From an uncultured Acidobacteriaceae bacterium (GTDB lineage Bacteria; Acidobacteriota; Terriglobia; Terriglobales; Acidobacteriaceae), in NCBI GenBank assembly GCA_963824325.1, contig CAWGPA010000001.1:310393-374392 (forward strand): 64,000 bases of DNA, in the 5' to 3' direction. Shown here one piece after another: positions 62,665 through 64,000 of the stretch; the stretch's first letter is position 1; each line of letters opens with the position of its first letter. The notes under the pieces were generated by a model. The model saw only the letters and a program-made list of their open reading frames with translations, was not told the DNA's origin and did no database searches. The translations under genes and the position numbers were made by a program.

Positions 62665-63843
62665 TTATGGTTCCGCGTAATACATCGTGTTCGTGCGCAC
62701 CGTAATTCCCGGCTTGTCTATCTTCACTTCGAGCGGATGGTATTCGCCTGGGCCTGCAGCTGCATTCGACTCAAACGACAGCACGTAATACGAGGCGGCA
62801 TCGGCAATGCACGCGGCAATACTTTCAGGAATATTCTTTTTCTCGATGAGTATTTGGCCGCCGCTCTGATGCGCGAAAGCCTGCAAACTGAGGCTACCGG
62901 CCGTGACCTCGTCTTCATTTTGCAGACCGTTGAGCAATGCCTTGTCGTGATCGTTAAGCGACTCGGTTTTGCGCAGGAAGTCGGACGGACAAATCATATT
63001 CAACGTGACCTGCCCTTCCCGCAATGCTGTCGAAATATGCACCAGTTGGGTAAAGAGGTTTCGCTTGAGCGCTGCGTCGTCGTGACGAAATTGCGGATTG
63101 TAAAGATGAGGCCATCCAGGCCCGATCCAGATCAGGATCGCCCTCCCCGGAACGTTTACCTGGCGCTCCGCCAACTTGCTCAGGGCGCCCACAGATTCCG
63201 TGAATCGCTGGTTTAAACAATTGAGCTGGCGAGCTGATTCGGCGGTAGTTACAGCATCTGGAATCATGAGGGCCTGAAATGTCTCATTGGGGTTCATCTC
63301 ATCCGCGCAGTTGATCGCCTGAAGGTTGCCGGTGAGATCGTTCAGCTCAGTCAGGACAGCGTCGCGGTCGCGTGAAGGCTTGCTCACGGTCAACCCGGAA
63401 TCGGATACGGCCGCAATCGACATTGGATAGGTGAGAAGCTCCTGGCTCTGCTTCAGAAACCTCTGAACTTCTTTCCGGTCATTGGCGATATCCCGCGCAG
63501 AGTTGTTCACTGCATCCAGCACCAGGATGACGTGGGCAGCCGCTGCGGCGCCCTCCACCGCTTTAAAGGAGAGGTTTGGGCGGGGACTCTGGTCGTCAAC
63601 CAGCGTGAAGTCCTGCGCATTCCAGCCGGAAGCAGGCTTACCGGATGCATCCGTTACCTGCACATTCAGGATGATGCGATGTTGAATCTGATAGGTTCGT
63701 TCCCGGTCCAGGTGGGATCGGGGGACCAATCGCGGTGATTGACCTTCTCCGGCAGGGTTCGCCGGGAAGGGAGGAACGACTTGCGCAGCCAAGGAGAGGG
63801 CAGAGCATAGACCCAGCACGCTCATCCATTTCGGTGGTAACAA
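62665..63843 (-). CDS. TIGR03436-type VWFA-related protein
   Basis: 392 aa. The start is the TTG at 63843 or the ATG at 63825 (MSVLGLCSALSLAAQ). RIILNVQVTDASGKPASGWNAQDFTLVDDQSPRPNLSFKAV, then HVILVLDAVNNS...ILIWIGPGWP. Confidence 0.85.
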   Translation of the reverse strand: MLPPKWMSVLGLCSALSLAAQVVPPFPANPAGEGQSPRLVPRSHLDRERTYQIQHRIILNVQVTDASGKPASGWNAQDFTLVDDQSPRPNLSFKAVEGAAAAAHVILVLDAVNNSARDIANDRKEVQRFLKQSQELLTYPMSIAAVSDSGLTVSKPSRDRDAVLTELNDLTGNLQAINCADEMNPNETFQALMIPDAVTTAESARQLNCLNQRFTESVGALSKLAERQVNVPGRAILIWIGPGWPHLYNPQFRHDDAALKRNLFTQLVHISTALREGQVTLNMICPSDFLRKTESLNDHDKALLNGLQNEDEVTAGSLSLQAFAHQSGGQILIEKKNIPESIAACIADAASYYVLSFESNAAAGPGEYHPLEVKIDKPGITVRTNTMYYAEP

Positions 63844-63946
63844 TTTGAGCTCACCTCCCGGGAAGCGGTTGCGCGAACCAATGCTTAATCATCCAGGCGC
63901 AACTTGCAACTGGTGGATGGATCCTGCTCGAAAAAATCCGGTATCA

Positions 63947-63995
63947 GGGCACGGCTTCAGTCGAGCCGTAAAGGGCTTAAAAGAGAATTAAGCCC
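63947..63995. repeat. REP-like double hairpin
   Basis: gggcacggct-tcagtcg-agccgt, then gggcttaa-aagagaa-ttaagccc (perfect 8-bp stem, 63973-63980 / 63988-63995). The first hairpin resembles the gggcacgg..ccgtgcc element at ~28836. Confidence 0.5.
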
Positions 63996-64000
63996 AGATT

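Noticed and set aside
1-64000. Prophage, integrative element or defence island
   Set aside because: I recognised no integrase, recombinase, transposase, phage structural gene, restriction-modification, Cas, or other known defence gene. The only toxin-antitoxin is a single ordinary VapBC pair at 17185-17837. Repeats present are short non-autonomous elements.

Overview
GC-rich, densely coding chromosomal segment, most likely from an Acidobacteriota (Terriglobia-like) genome. That lineage call is an inference. It rests on three paralogous families first defined on acidobacterial genomes: an ADOP duplicated MacB-like permease, a TIGR03435 soil-associated protein and two TIGR03436 VWFA-related proteins. 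A BlaI/BlaR1 module, many Sec/TAT-exported hydrolases and acidobacterial-style REP/MITE-like repeats support it. I call about 58 protein-coding genes or pseudogenes. Most sit as small units beside a one-component regulator: LysR+SDR; AraC+2 SDR+NAD(P)-reductase+SnoaL; PadR+membrane protein+IorAB-type molybdoenzyme; TetR+flavin monooxygenase; BlaI+BlaR1. I recognised no rRNA, tRNA, CRISPR array, integrase or transposase. All family names come from reading motifs in the supplied translations, not from searches. Most interesting observations: (1) A translationally coupled blaI-blaR1-partner operon in which the BlaR1-like M56 protease and the downstream exported protein share an unnamed ~29-residue tandem repeat module; two perfect operator-like palindromes lie upstream. 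(2) A ~1-kb gene-free locus with a GIY-YIG remnant, three copies of a ~175-nt element arranged direct/inverted/direct, and a 6-unit ~63-bp minisatellite. (3) A PAS/HisKA_3 kinase convergent with a receiver-MEDS protein that has no DNA-binding domain. (4) Three genes each broken by an apparent single extra base: the ADOP permease, a Rox-like monooxygenase and DUF305. (5) Unusual fusions: DAACS symporter+SBP3, and VWA+a LolA-like C-terminal domain. (6) A run of signal-peptide-bearing amide hydrolases.
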